From positions 8,138 through 72,137 of the forward strand of contig JANQJC010000009.1 of the NCBI GenBank assembly GCA_028281825.1: a stretch of 64,000 nucleotides of DNA, read 5' to 3'. The notes under the pieces are model-generated. The model was not told the origin of the DNA. It made no database searches and worked only from the letters and a program-made list of their open reading frames with translations. This document shows, one piece after another, positions 1 through 10,515 of this stretch (the first letter of the stretch is position 1; each line of letters starts with the position of its first letter). Position numbers and translations under genes: made by a program. This DNA comes from Flavobacteriales bacterium (GTDB lineage Bacteria; Bacteroidota; Bacteroidia; JANQJC01).

Positions 1-2
1 TA

Positions 3-1217
3 CAGAAGGTGGTGATAACGGGTGCAATATCTCATTTGGGTAATGGAACAGTAATAGAGAATAGTACCATAGCCTTTGAAGGTGGCAAAATCACTTATGC
101 TGGGCCTTCTAGTGGCTATACGGTGGGTGGTGATGAGAAAACCATAGATGCCAGCGGTAAGCATGTTTATCCCGGCTTTATAGCTCCCAATACCATTTTG
201 GGATTGGTAGAAATCAACGCGGTGCGTGCTACCAGGGATTTTGATGATGTGGGTAATATCAACCCAAGTGTTCGCTCACTAATTTCTTACAATGCCGAAT
301 CGAAAATTATACCCACCATAAGAACCAATGGTATATTAATAGCCCAAGTAACGCCACGTGGTGGTTTGATATCGGGTACATCATCTATCTTTAGTTTGGA
401 TGGCTGGAACTGGGAGGATGCCGTCTACAAAATAGATGACAGTGTGTGGTTAAACTGGCCTAACATGTTCAATAAACGTGGATGGTGGGCAGAACCTGGC
501 CCGACAGAAAAAAATGACAAGTATGAAGAAGGTATGCAGGTATTGGATGCCTATCTTGCCGAAGCACAAGCTTATTCTACTGGGAAATTTGAGGAAACCG
601 ATCTCAAAATGGAAGCCATGCGCGGTTTGTTTGATGGTAGCCAACGCTTATTTATCAATGCCAGTTTTGCTAAAGAAATAACAGATGCTATTCTACTTAC
701 CAAGAAGTATGGCGTCAAAAACGTCGTAATTGTTGGTGGAGAAGACAGTTGGCGAGTAACAGATATCTTGAAAGACAATAACGTTCCAGTTATAGTGCAA
801 AGGCTGCATGAGTTGCCTGGTAGAAAAGATGATGATATCGACATTACTTTTAAACTGCCTAAGCTACTTCATAATGCGGGTATTCTATATTGCCTGAACT
901 ACGCTGGTGATATGGAAGCTATGGGCGTAAGGAATTTACCATTTACTGCTGGTACCGCGGTAGCTTATGGCTTGACTAAAGAGGAAGCGCTTCAAAGTAT
1001 CACCTTGAATGCTGCGAAAATATTGGGAGTGGATAAAACATTGGGCACTTTAGAACAGGGCAAAGATGCCACATTATTCATATCAACTGGTGATGCATTG
1101 GACATGCGAACCAATAATGTAGAAGCGGCTTTCATACAAGGCAGGCAATTGGATTTAACCAATCATCAGAAGGAGCTTTTCGAAAAGTATAGCGCCAAAT
1201 ACGGCTTCACCAAATAA
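3..1217 (+). CDS. Amidohydrolase-family protein (metal-dependent hydrolase), 5' end truncated by window edge
   Basis: The ORF runs in frame to the window start. The N-terminal region reads like a typical amidohydrolase barrel entry (NGTVIENSTIAFEGGKITYAG...VYPGFIAPNTILG). The C-terminal region also fits (LNAAKILGVDKTLGTLEQGKDA). Confidence 0.6.
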   Translation, partial: QKVVITGAISHLGNGTVIENSTIAFEGGKITYAGPSSGYTVGGDEKTIDASGKHVYPGFIAPNTILGLVEINAVRATRDFDDVGNINPSVRSLISYNAESKIIPTIRTNGILIAQVTPRGGLISGTSSIFSLDGWNWEDAVYKIDDSVWLNWPNMFNKRGWWAEPGPTEKNDKYEEGMQVLDAYLAEAQAYSTGKFEETDLKMEAMRGLFDGSQRLFINASFAKEITDAILLTKKYGVKNVVIVGGEDSWRVTDILKDNNVPVIVQRLHELPGRKDDDIDITFKLPKLLHNAGILYCLNYAGDMEAMGVRNLPFTAGTAVAYGLTKEEALQSITLNAAKILGVDKTLGTLEQGKDATLFISTGDALDMRTNNVEAAFIQGRQLDLTNHQKELFEKYSAKYGFTK

Positions 1218-1223
1218 CAGGCT

Positions 1224-2291
1224 TTGAACAGGGTTTTACAAATCCTTCAAAAAATTGAATCCCTGCAATCAAATAGGGATAAGTACTTCGCTTCTGGATT
1301 GTTCCCAACCTATCGCTTTCATTTGTATTTACCAGGAGTTCAGGCAGATAACAGCATTTTCTCTACGGCTTCTACTGTTTTTGTTCTTCAAAACCTAGTG
1401 CCCTATTTCACTGAGGGGGAAAAGAGCATAGCCTTATCCATATGTAAAAAAGCCATAGCCCGATACGAGGACTACCGCAATAAAGATGGACTGAAAACCT
1501 ACAACTTTTGGAAAACCGATGGCTCTCCTCACTTCCCAAACGGTTGGCTGTTATCAAGGCTCAAAAGCGTTCGTATCCCTGATGATGTAGATGATACGGC
1601 ATTGATTTATATGACTAAACCTTCCCCAAAAGAGGATGTTTTGTGGTTGCAAAAAAAACTAAAGATGCATGCCAACCTCGCATCAAGGCAAATACAAAAC
1701 ACTTTCCCTGAATATATGCAGCTGAAAGCCTATTCTACTTTTTTCGGTAAAAACATGTACATCGAGTTTGACGCTTGTGTACTATGTAATTTGTTGCTCT
1801 TGTTTTACAGAAATGGCATTAAGCTGGATGAATATGGCCAGGCAAGTGTTGAGTACTTATCTGATATAATACGCACCAATAAGCACCTTGATGTTCCTTT
1901 TTATACCGCAGCTTCTTATCCTCAAACTTCGGTTATTCTGTATCATTATGCCCGATTATTGGGTGAGTTTGCAGTAGAAGGCTTATCACAACTAAAGGAA
2001 AAAATTATCTCAGATTTAAAAGCAGAAAGCAAAAGAGCAAAGCCTATGCTTCAACTGTTGGCCCAAACTGCCTTAATGAAGCTCAAGGAGCCAATAAACA
2101 ATCCTATTGAATTACCTCTGGATTATGATTTTGGTAATTTTTACTACTACCATGCGGGCATGCTTACAGCCATTGAGACTCCACTGGCACGTCAATTAGC
2201 CAGACACCAGTTTGTTCATCTAAAATACCGCTGTGAAGCCCATCATTGGGCATTGGTTTTAGAACACGAAGTATTGAGGCAAAATCAATAA
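1224..2291 (+). CDS. Hypothetical protein
   Basis: An uninterrupted 355-aa ORF lies immediately downstream of the amidohydrolase. I recognised no motif in it. Confidence 0.4.
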   Translation: MNRVLQILQKIESLQSNRDKYFASGLFPTYRFHLYLPGVQADNSIFSTASTVFVLQNLVPYFTEGEKSIALSICKKAIARYEDYRNKDGLKTYNFWKTDGSPHFPNGWLLSRLKSVRIPDDVDDTALIYMTKPSPKEDVLWLQKKLKMHANLASRQIQNTFPEYMQLKAYSTFFGKNMYIEFDACVLCNLLLLFYRNGIKLDEYGQASVEYLSDIIRTNKHLDVPFYTAASYPQTSVILYHYARLLGEFAVEGLSQLKEKIISDLKAESKRAKPMLQLLAQTALMKLKEPINNPIELPLDYDFGNFYYYHAGMLTAIETPLARQLARHQFVHLKYRCEAHHWALVLEHEVLRQNQ

Positions 2292-2334
2292 CTTGTACTC
2301 TTAAACCTTTTGCTTTATCAAGCGTCAAACGTTT

Positions 2335-4221
2335 ATGAAAAAATTATACACCTTCCTCATTTTGGGTTTAGCTCCCATTGCCCTTTTTGCTCAATTACTA
2401 ACCCCACAGGTAGACTCTATCCCGATGAGGGATAACAAGAAGCTTGCTGCTGATATTCATATACCCAGCGGTTGTAACCAATGCCCAACAGTATTGATAC
2501 AAACACCCTATAACCGCATGTTTTACAGGGTAGGTTTACCTTTGGGTATTGGTCAAAATGTAGATAGCAGTGCCTACAATTTTGTGATTGTGGATTGGCG
2601 TGGGTTTTATGGTTCTTCAGGTGCACTCAATGGTGTTCCTAATCGCGGTGAAGATGGTTACGATGTGGTAGAGTGGATTGCTTCCCAACCTTGGTCTGAT
2701 GGGCAAATAGCAACTTGGGGGCCTTCAGCGCTAGGCAAGATACAATTTCAAACAGCTAGGGAAAATCCACCCCATTTGGCGTGTATATGCCCTTTAGTGG
2801 CTGGTCCCCAATTTAATTATAGTGAATATTATCCAGGAGGTGTTTTAAGAACAGAATATGTGGAGCAGTTAGATGCTCTGGGTTTTGGTCTATCCACTAC
2901 TTTATTGGCTAATCAGGTTCATAATGTGACCTGGCAGTTTATAGAAAATCAGAATTATTACCCAAGTGAGATACAGGTGCCGACTTTTATGATAGGAGGT
3001 TGGTACGACCATAATGTAGAGGTAATGCTGGAAATGTTTAGCGGCTTGCAAAGCCAGTCGCCACAAAATGTGAGAGATAAACACAAATTAATGATGGGTC
3101 CTTGGGCACACGGTGGATTTGGGCAGGCACAAGTTGGTGCTTGTATGCAAGGTGAATTAACGTACACAGAAGCCTGTGGTTGGAGCGATTCCCTGGCACG
3201 TGATTTCCTGGATTTTTACTTGCAGGGCAGTCAAAATGGATGGGATATTAATCAGTCAGTAATGTATTTCCAGATGGGAGAGAACAATTGGTATCAGGAT
3301 AATGCTTGGCCAGTGCAAACAGCTTCTCCAGTTAAGTTTTATTTGGATGGAAATAATGGCCTCACTACCACCATTCCATCAACTTCAGGTAGTTCATCAA
3401 CGCTGGTATATGATCCTCGAGACCCTTCACCAACTATTGGTGGGGCAACTTTGCAGCAAGGCTTGTTTCAAGGGCCTGCCGACCAGGCATTCATGGTTGA
3501 GAGCAGGAATGATGTCTTGATTTTTACCAGCGCTCCACTTTTTTCTGATGCCATTATGAAAGGCCCAGCTAGGATAAAACTCTTTGTCTCTTCGGACAGA
3601 ACAGACACTGATTTTGTAGTTCGCATGACAGATGTATACCCTGACGGTAGGTCTATGCTGTTGGCCGAGAATATCCAAAGAATGCGTTTCAGGAATGGGT
3701 TCACTGCTAATGATACATCCTTGATTGTTCCCAACTCTGTTTATGAAATCAACTTTGAATTGCCTGATTTAGCCAATACTTTTATAGCGGGACATAAAGT
3801 AAGGATAGATATTACTTCAAGCAACTACCCCCGCTTTGATTCTAATCTGAACAACGGTATGGCAATGTATGCGGCTGGTGATACCTTGGTAGCAACCAAT
3901 ACAGTGTATCATGAAGCCATCTATCCGTCACATATTGAGTTGCCTCTGGAGAACTATACTTCAATTAGTGAGGTTCAGGATATGGGTTCTTTTGCATTGT
4001 ATCCAAACCCAGCGAATGACATAGTTAAGGTGGCTCTAAGTTCAACTAATACTGTAGAACTGGAAATATTAGACGTTACGGGCAGAAGGGTACATAGCCA
4101 TACTATAACCAATACTCAATCGGTGGATATCAGTACTTCTGAGCTCTTGGCAGGTACTTATTTCGTTAGGCTTAGACAGCAGGATAAAGTGAGTACACAG
4201 AAACTAGTAGTATTGAAATAA
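2335..4221 (+). CDS. CocE/NonD-family (S15 X-Pro dipeptidyl-peptidase-like) secreted hydrolase with T9SS type-A C-terminal sorting domain
   Basis: There is an N-terminal signal peptide (MKKLYTFLILGLAPIALFAQ). An alpha/beta hydrolase core carrying WGPSALG is followed by a beta-sandwich region. The C-terminus is a Por-secretion tail of about 80 aa (LYPNPANDIVKVAL...GTYFVRLRQQDK). Confidence 0.65.
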   Translation: MKKLYTFLILGLAPIALFAQLLTPQVDSIPMRDNKKLAADIHIPSGCNQCPTVLIQTPYNRMFYRVGLPLGIGQNVDSSAYNFVIVDWRGFYGSSGALNGVPNRGEDGYDVVEWIASQPWSDGQIATWGPSALGKIQFQTARENPPHLACICPLVAGPQFNYSEYYPGGVLRTEYVEQLDALGFGLSTTLLANQVHNVTWQFIENQNYYPSEIQVPTFMIGGWYDHNVEVMLEMFSGLQSQSPQNVRDKHKLMMGPWAHGGFGQAQVGACMQGELTYTEACGWSDSLARDFLDFYLQGSQNGWDINQSVMYFQMGENNWYQDNAWPVQTASPVKFYLDGNNGLTTTIPSTSGSSSTLVYDPRDPSPTIGGATLQQGLFQGPADQAFMVESRNDVLIFTSAPLFSDAIMKGPARIKLFVSSDRTDTDFVVRMTDVYPDGRSMLLAENIQRMRFRNGFTANDTSLIVPNSVYEINFELPDLANTFIAGHKVRIDITSSNYPRFDSNLNNGMAMYAAGDTLVATNTVYHEAIYPSHIELPLENYTSISEVQDMGSFALYPNPANDIVKVALSSTNTVELEILDVTGRRVHSHTITNTQSVDISTSELLAGTYFVRLRQQDKVSTQKLVVLK

Positions 4222-4283
4222 CGCTCTTTCTTTCCATTCTCGTAAAATAATTTTAATTTCCCTATCCTCAAAACCTCTTTGAT

Positions 4284-5549
4284 ATGGTAGGAAAAATACT
4301 TCTTTCAGTTTTTTCAGGCCTTTTGTTGTTTTTGGCTTCTTTGGCTCAAAGTCCACCAGGTCAGCCTGGTTCAGGCCCTGGTGGTAGTAACTATTCACAT
4401 GCAGATGTAGTCATGCATACATACCCAGGACAGCACAATGGCTTTTTCATTTTTGAGCCTGCTTCACCTACGCCTGACTCAGCCAATGTAGTGGTTTTAA
4501 TTCATGGGCTGGGTTTGGTCAATCCCAATCTATATGGCGGTTGGATTACACACTTGGTAAGAAAGGGAAACATCGTTATCTACCCCAAATATCAAGATGC
4601 ATCAATGACAACTGCTGAAGCCGATTATAATGATAATGTTATCTATGCAATCACCACGGGTCTCGATACATTGGGATTTCCCGGTCATGTGAAACCGCGC
4701 ACCCAAAACCTGGCTGTAGCTGGGCACTCTTATGGTGGTTTAATGACGTCCAACATGGGGATATTAGCTGCAACTTCAGGATTTCCAACCCCAAAGTGTT
4801 TATTCGTTTGCCAGCCTTATAATGATGCGGGCACCAACGTTCGCTTGCCTGATTACTCCGTGATGCCTTCTGATATGAATTTACTGATAATGGTAGGCGA
4901 GAATGATGCTATTGTGGGTTCTACTTTTGGCCGTTTTCTGATGGATTCAACAACTAGTGTAAGTACCACTCATAAAAACTACATTACCCATCACCCCGAT
5001 AATCATGGTAATCCCAGTATAGGCGCAACCCATTTTGAGCCTTGCAGTAAAGACAATGATTATGACACAGGGGAGAGCAACTTTTTCACCATAGCTTGTG
5101 ATGTAGGTACCAAAACTGATGCAGTAGATTATTATGGATACTGGAAGTTATTGGATGCCTTAATGGATTGCTCATTTAACGGGCAAAACTGCGAGTATGC
5201 TTTTGGCGATACACCTGAGCAACGCGGTTTAGGGAAATGGAGTGATGAGCAGCCTGTGGTAGAAATGACAGTAGAGCCCTCCATGGTAGATGGAGTAGAT
5301 GAGCCTATTGGTAGCTTGATTTTTGAGGTATATCCTAATCCTGCTGAAAGTTTTTTGAATATTTCATGGATGGGCTTAAACAAAACTACGGTTGAAATAG
5401 TTGACTTGCTTGGTAAAGTAATCTATACGACTCAGTTTTCAGGAGTGAATAAGGCAAGTATAGAAGTGGAGCAATTGAATAGTGGTACCTATCTCATTCG
5501 GGTGAGTAATAATAGGGAAGAGGGTATCAAAAAGGTTATTGTACAGTAG
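4284..5549 (+). CDS. Secreted alpha/beta-hydrolase (GxSxG serine hydrolase) with T9SS type-A C-terminal sorting domain
   Basis: There is a signal peptide. The nucleophile elbow is GHSYGG. The C-terminal tail (VYPNPAESFLNISW...GTYLIRVSNN) fits the T9SS C-terminal domain pattern. Confidence 0.55.
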   Translation: MVGKILLSVFSGLLLFLASLAQSPPGQPGSGPGGSNYSHADVVMHTYPGQHNGFFIFEPASPTPDSANVVVLIHGLGLVNPNLYGGWITHLVRKGNIVIYPKYQDASMTTAEADYNDNVIYAITTGLDTLGFPGHVKPRTQNLAVAGHSYGGLMTSNMGILAATSGFPTPKCLFVCQPYNDAGTNVRLPDYSVMPSDMNLLIMVGENDAIVGSTFGRFLMDSTTSVSTTHKNYITHHPDNHGNPSIGATHFEPCSKDNDYDTGESNFFTIACDVGTKTDAVDYYGYWKLLDALMDCSFNGQNCEYAFGDTPEQRGLGKWSDEQPVVEMTVEPSMVDGVDEPIGSLIFEVYPNPAESFLNISWMGLNKTTVEIVDLLGKVIYTTQFSGVNKASIEVEQLNSGTYLIRVSNNREEGIKKVIVQ

Positions 5550-5572
5550 AAAGTAAAGAAAAGAGAAGCAGA

Positions 5573-6286
5573 ATGAGGTTTTTATACATTTTCCCACACC
5601 CTGATGATGAGTCATTTGGACCTGTAGGGGCTATTAACAGGCAGTTAAAAGATGGACACGAGGTGTTTTTGTATACCCTCACAAAAGGAGAAGCCACTAA
5701 AGTTAGGTTGCAACTGGGTGTGACCAAGGAAGAGATGGGAGCAATCCGTTTTAAGGAGATGCAGGCAGTTGAAGAGACTCTAGGGTTAACGGGAATGAAA
5801 GTGGATGACCTGCCCGATAGTGGGCTCAAAGAGATGGACCCAAGGATAATCGAGCAAGCAGTCAAAGCGCATATCGAAGCAATTAAGCCTGATATTATCG
5901 TTTCCTATCCTGCGCATGGTATTAGTGGCTTTCATGACCACTTGGTGATGCATGCGGTAATTAAGCGGGTATATCTTGAAATGAAAGACGAAGGCCACGA
6001 CTGCCTCAAACGTCTGGCTTTTATTACCTTGCCTGATGAAGGTGGCGAAACCTGGCAGGACGGGGGTATCCGTTTCAAGCGCTCAGAGCCTGAATTGATA
6101 GATTGCATAATTCCGCTTGATGAAGCAGACAAACAGATGTTAAGGGATTGTCTCTCTTGCTATGAGACTTACAAGGAGACTATTGCAAAGTCAGGAGTGA
6201 TAGAAAAAATAGGTGATAAGGTGTATTTCGAGATATTCGGTGAAGGTTTTAATCCACCCATTAGTGACCTGATTGAAAGACTATAA
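5573..6286 (+). CDS. PIG-L/LmbE-family N-acetylglucosaminyl deacetylase
   Basis: The N-terminus carries the hallmark PIG-L motif, YIFPHPDDESFG. Confidence 0.75.
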   Translation: MRFLYIFPHPDDESFGPVGAINRQLKDGHEVFLYTLTKGEATKVRLQLGVTKEEMGAIRFKEMQAVEETLGLTGMKVDDLPDSGLKEMDPRIIEQAVKAHIEAIKPDIIVSYPAHGISGFHDHLVMHAVIKRVYLEMKDEGHDCLKRLAFITLPDEGGETWQDGGIRFKRSEPELIDCIIPLDEADKQMLRDCLSCYETYKETIAKSGVIEKIGDKVYFEIFGEGFNPPISDLIERL

Positions 6287-6324
6287 GTGTTTATTTCTAA
6301 ATTAGCATCCAGATTAAAAAAGCT

Positions 6325-6828
6325 ATGCCTGAGACAAAAACATTAGTACTGGATAAGAAAAAGGTAGCCCAAAAAATTGATAGGATAGCCTATGAGATTT
6401 ATGAGAACAATTATGATGAAAAAGAAATCATCATGGCTGGCATTTCTGGCAATGGTTATGTACTTGCTGAAAAGCTAAGTAAGCGTTTAGAAGAGCTGTC
6501 TCCTCTCAAAGTAAAGTTGGTGAAAATAACTATTGACAAAGTGGCCACACTGCCAGGCAATGCCGAATGTGCACTCACGGATAAGGATATAAAAAACAAG
6601 GTGATTGTGTTGGTGGATGATGTACTAAATAGTGGAAAAACACTTATCTATGCTGCCAAGTACTTCCTTCAAGCACCATTGAAAAGGTTGCGTACCGTTG
6701 TTTTGATTGATAGAGACCACAAGCGTTTTCCAGTAAAAGCAGACTACATCGGCTTATCACTAAGTACTACACTTAAAGAGCATATTTCAGTGGAGTTCGG
6801 TAAAGAAGCTGGTGTTTACCTCCAATAA
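6325..6828 (+). CDS. Phosphoribosyltransferase-family protein (PyrR-like)
   Basis: The PRPP-binding motif is VIVLVDDVLNSGKTL. The size (167 aa) is typical of PyrR or UPRTase-like proteins. Confidence 0.5.
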   Translation: MPETKTLVLDKKKVAQKIDRIAYEIYENNYDEKEIIMAGISGNGYVLAEKLSKRLEELSPLKVKLVKITIDKVATLPGNAECALTDKDIKNKVIVLVDDVLNSGKTLIYAAKYFLQAPLKRLRTVVLIDRDHKRFPVKADYIGLSLSTTLKEHISVEFGKEAGVYLQ

Positions 6829-7334
6829 ACCAATTCCTCAATCGTTTTTGCAATTTTATCAGGCTGGGCATTAGCAGCGTTAATTGTAAAATGTGCTTGT
6901 TTATACTGGATTGCTCTTTCACTGAGTTTTCTTTCAATCAGGCTAAGTAGCTCGTCATCGTTAGTAGCACTTTTCAATAACGGCCTCTCCACTTTTGCAT
7001 TTTTAAGTCTATCTTTCAATAAACTGGGTGTAGCCTCAAGGTAAATAGTGAGCCCATTACTATTCATCTTTTCCATATTATCAAAAAAACATGGAGTCCC
7101 ACCACCGGTTGATACAACTACATTGTCAAGGTTAGAAAGCTCTGCAAGGCATTGCTGTTCCAATTTTCTGAATGTGTCTTCGCCTTTGTTTTCAAATAGT
7201 TCGGTTATCTTCGATTGGTATTTTCTTTCAAGGTACTTATCCAGGTCGATAAAGATAAAGTCCAATTGATTGGCTAGCTTTTTGCCAACGGTGGTTTTCC
7301 CACTTCCCATAAAACCAATTAAATAAACAGGCAT
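6816..7334 (-). CDS. aroK: Shikimate kinase
   Basis: The P-loop is GFMGSGKTTVGK. Size and motif order match shikimate kinase (LDKYLE...STGGG). Confidence 0.85.
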   Translation of the reverse strand: MPVYLIGFMGSGKTTVGKKLANQLDFIFIDLDKYLERKYQSKITELFENKGEDTFRKLEQQCLAELSNLDNVVVSTGGGTPCFFDNMEKMNSNGLTIYLEATPSLLKDRLKNAKVERPLLKSATNDDELLSLIERKLSERAIQYKQAHFTINAANAQPDKIAKTIEELVYWR

Positions 7335-7340
7335 TTATTA

Positions 7341-8147
7341 CTATTTGAAGGGTGAGCCTGGTTCCTTTACCACGGTTTTGTATACCAACTTGTCAGACAA
7401 CTTGGGAAAAAGCTTATTTATCCAAACTGCCAGTTTACCTTGGGAAGTAAGTATTATCTCTCTTTTTCTACCCCTCACTGCATGGTACATATGTTTGGCA
7501 ACTTCTTCGGCAGTCATAAGCTTTTCTTCATCCAGAGGGGTATCTCCTTGTTTGCTACCGTCGGCTATCAATGCGGCTTTTCTAATGTTAGAGGCTGTAT
7601 ATCCCGGGCAAGCAACCATTACGTGCAGGCCCGTATTTCTATTCTCATTTCTCAATGCATCCAAAAAGCCCTTCATGGCGTACTTGGAGGCTGAATAGCC
7701 TGTCCTTCCAGGCAAACCAACATACCCAGCAATAGATGCCACACCAACTACTGAGCCCTTGCTTTTTATAAGCTCTGGCATAGCATGTTTGGTGCAATAT
7801 ACCGTCCCCCAGAAATTAACGTTCATCAGGCTTCTTATCACTGACAGGTCAAGGTCGGCAAAAGCAGCCCTCATTGAGATGCCAGCGTTATTCAACAGCA
7901 CATCAATCTTTCCGTACTTCTTAATGGTTTCCTGAACCAATCTTTTGCAATCGTCTTCTTGGCTCACATCAACTTGAACGCTAAGGCAATCAATGTCTTC
8001 CTTTTTCAATTCAGCCACTGTTTCTTTAAGTGACTGTTCATTTCTTGCTGCGATGACCACTTTAGAGCCCTTTCGCCCGAATTCAAAGGCGCAAGCCTTA
8101 CCAATGCCTAAAGAACCTCCTGTGATTATGACAACTTTGTCCTTCAT
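7341..8147 (-). CDS. SDR-family short-chain dehydrogenase/reductase
   Basis: The Rossmann motif is VVIITGGSLGIGKA and the catalytic YxxxK is YSASKYAMK. The start was moved to MKDKVV, because the 15 upstream codons (MSAISIYFLYIWDET) sit before the Rossmann motif and look like ORF-caller read-through. Confidence 0.8.
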   Translation of the reverse strand: MKDKVVIITGGSLGIGKACAFEFGRKGSKVVIAARNEQSLKETVAELKKEDIDCLSVQVDVSQEDDCKRLVQETIKKYGKIDVLLNNAGISMRAAFADLDLSVIRSLMNVNFWGTVYCTKHAMPELIKSKGSVVGVASIAGYVGLPGRTGYSASKYAMKGFLDALRNENRNTGLHVMVACPGYTASNIRKAALIADGSKQGDTPLDEEKLMTAEEVAKHMYHAVRGRKREIILTSQGKLAVWINKLFPKLSDKLVYKTVVKEPGSPFK

Positions 8148-8245
8148 AGTTTCGTCCCAAATGTATAGAAAATAGATACTTATTGCGGACAACGAGTCAT
8201 ACTATTACAAAATGCTTAGTAAATATATTAAGTTTAAGCGCCTGA

Positions 8246-9310
8246 ATGTCAACGCTCATGGGTTCCAGATTAACCACTTTTTTTAAAAACACCTTTTATG
8301 GTTTGTTGGTGTGTGTGATGTTTTTCGCGCTGCTAGAGTTGGTGCTTTTTGTCTTTGGTGTTGACCACAGGCAGCGCAATCTCAAGTTCCAAAATAAATA
8401 TCACGCACTTGAAAACGCACCTGAATTACCTTTAAGTTACCGAACTAAGCTACCCAAAACAGTATGGCATAACCTTATCCATAATGAATTGTGTTACCCT
8501 GATGTGGAATACATATTCAGGGTTAGGGGTAATCCAGATGGCAAGCCTGTGATGGGTTATGAAGGTATTAACGCTAGTGGCTTTAGAGGGGCATTTGACT
8601 TAAGTAATGACAAGCTAAGAATAGCAGTTCTGGGCAACTCCTGTGTGTTTGGTTGGGAGCTACATCAATTGGAAAACACCTTTGCCTATAAGTTGGAACA
8701 AAAGCTAAATAGCGTAGGACAGGAGTGTAGTGTGTTCAATCTTGGACAGCCAGGCTTTAGCACTACTCAATGCCTCAAACTATATAATGAGTGGAAAGAC
8801 AAGATAAAGCCTGATATAGTAATACTCTATACAGGTTGGAATGATGTATGGCCAAGCCCATGGCTCACTGATAAGCAGACCATGCAAGCCCTGAAAGTAA
8901 ACAATACTTGGATAGTTTGCCAACTCAGAAAAATGAGAACTTATGCATTTATGCAAAGGCTCGTACCCGACTTTAATCAAGAAAGCACCGTATCAGACAC
9001 TGCTGGAATGAAAAGGTTAAGGGTACCACTAGAAGAGACACGGGAAAACCTAAGTGAGATAATTGGGCAGACCCAGGCAATCATTATTTTGCCGCCATAC
9101 TGTATCAAGGAGAGGGAAAACATTGAACCTTATAGAGCTATGGTTAAAGAGAGCTTTAGTGAATTAGCTATTGTCAGATTAGATAGTATGGAGATTGCGG
9201 CTCCTAATACTGCGAGCTATTTTACCCAAGATGGTTTTCACCCTAATGAAAAAGGTAGCGAATACATCGCACTTCGACTAGCTGACGAGATAATGCGTTT
9301 AACTGAATAA
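8246..9310 (+). CDS. SGNH/GDSL-family hydrolase, membrane-anchored
   Basis: There is an N-terminal transmembrane segment. Block I is VLGNSCVFGWE, block III is GWNDVW, and block V is DGFHPNEKG. Confidence 0.55.
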   Translation: MSTLMGSRLTTFFKNTFYGLLVCVMFFALLELVLFVFGVDHRQRNLKFQNKYHALENAPELPLSYRTKLPKTVWHNLIHNELCYPDVEYIFRVRGNPDGKPVMGYEGINASGFRGAFDLSNDKLRIAVLGNSCVFGWELHQLENTFAYKLEQKLNSVGQECSVFNLGQPGFSTTQCLKLYNEWKDKIKPDIVILYTGWNDVWPSPWLTDKQTMQALKVNNTWIVCQLRKMRTYAFMQRLVPDFNQESTVSDTAGMKRLRVPLEETRENLSEIIGQTQAIIILPPYCIKERENIEPYRAMVKESFSELAIVRLDSMEIAAPNTASYFTQDGFHPNEKGSEYIALRLADEIMRLTE

Positions 9311-9341
9311 ACTTTATATTTCCACCTGCAAAGTAAGAGCA

Positions 9342-10511
9342 ATGGAGATAATTGAAGTAAATGATAAGGCCACAGAAAAGGAATTCAACCAAATGCAGGT
9401 GGAAATTTATAAAGACCATCCGAATTGGATTCGCCCCATAGACCAAGAGATAAATGACATTTTTGACCTTTCAAAAAACAAGCTCTATAGTGAAGGTGGT
9501 GAGGCTATTCGCTGGCTACTGCGTAGTGGTGGCAAGACAATAGGAAGAATTGCGGCTTTCATCAATCCTAGGACAGTAGACACGGATGAATACAAGGTGG
9601 GTGGTATCGCTTTTTTTGAGTGTATAGATAATCAGGATGCCGCCAATCTATTATTTGATACAGCTAAGGAATGGCTGGTGAAAAGAAAGATAAAAGCTAT
9701 GGATGGCCCCATCAATTATGGCGAAAGAGACAAGTTCTGGGGGCTGTTAATTGATGGGTTTACCGAACCTAACTATGGAATGTTTTACCATCCGCCATAC
9801 TACAAAAAGCTATTTGAGAATTATGGTTTTCAGCTTTATTTTGAGCAATATACTTATGGGAGGCCGATAGACAAGAGTATTGATTTTGAGCCTCGCTTTT
9901 ACGAAAAAGCACAGGAAACACTTAATGACCCTGACTTCACTTATCGATACTTAGAGAAGAGTGAGTATAAAGATGCATCCAAATACTTCCTAGAAGTGTA
10001 TATCAAAGCATGGGGTGGGCATAAGGGTGTAAAACCTCTTACTATTGAACAAGCTGAAAAAATATTCAAAAAGCTGGCTCCCATTGCGGATAACCAGTTA
10101 CTGTATTTCGGTTTTTATAAAGGTGAACCCATTTCTTTTTTCATCTCTATCCCGGAAATCAATCAACTCTTTAAATATGTGAATGGCAAAATGGATTTGA
10201 TAGGTAAATTGAAATTCGTGTATCATAAATGGAGAGGGCATTGTCGCAAGTGTTTAGGCTTGGTGTTTGGGGTAGCTCCCGAGTTTCAAGGTAGGGGGGT
10301 AGAGAGTGCAATGGTGGTTAGCTTCTCTAAAATAGCCTGGGGAGTAGGTATGCCATATGATACCATTGAAATGAACTGGATAGGTGACTTTAATCCTAAA
10401 ATGATGAAAGTGGCTGAACAATTGGGCGCTACCATCTGGAAAACTCACGCTACTTACCGTAAGATGTTTGACCCCGATATTCCTTTTAAGAGATATCCTA
10501 TTATTGAGTGA
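9342..10511 (+). CDS. Hypothetical protein, possibly tandem GNAT-fold acyltransferase-like
   Basis: The 389-aa ORF shows only weak acyl-CoA N-acyltransferase-like features. I found no decisive motif. Confidence 0.3.
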   Translation: MEIIEVNDKATEKEFNQMQVEIYKDHPNWIRPIDQEINDIFDLSKNKLYSEGGEAIRWLLRSGGKTIGRIAAFINPRTVDTDEYKVGGIAFFECIDNQDAANLLFDTAKEWLVKRKIKAMDGPINYGERDKFWGLLIDGFTEPNYGMFYHPPYYKKLFENYGFQLYFEQYTYGRPIDKSIDFEPRFYEKAQETLNDPDFTYRYLEKSEYKDASKYFLEVYIKAWGGHKGVKPLTIEQAEKIFKKLAPIADNQLLYFGFYKGEPISFFISIPEINQLFKYVNGKMDLIGKLKFVYHKWRGHCRKCLGLVFGVAPEFQGRGVESAMVVSFSKIAWGVGMPYDTIEMNWIGDFNPKMMKVAEQLGATIWKTHATYRKMFDPDIPFKRYPIIE

Positions 10512-10515
10512 CGGG

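Noticed and set aside
8148-8192. Upstream ATG extension of the SDR gene (MSAISIYFLYIWDET)
   Set aside because: It precedes the Rossmann motif by an atypical hydrophobic stretch. The MKDKVVIITGG start is typical of SDR enzymes.
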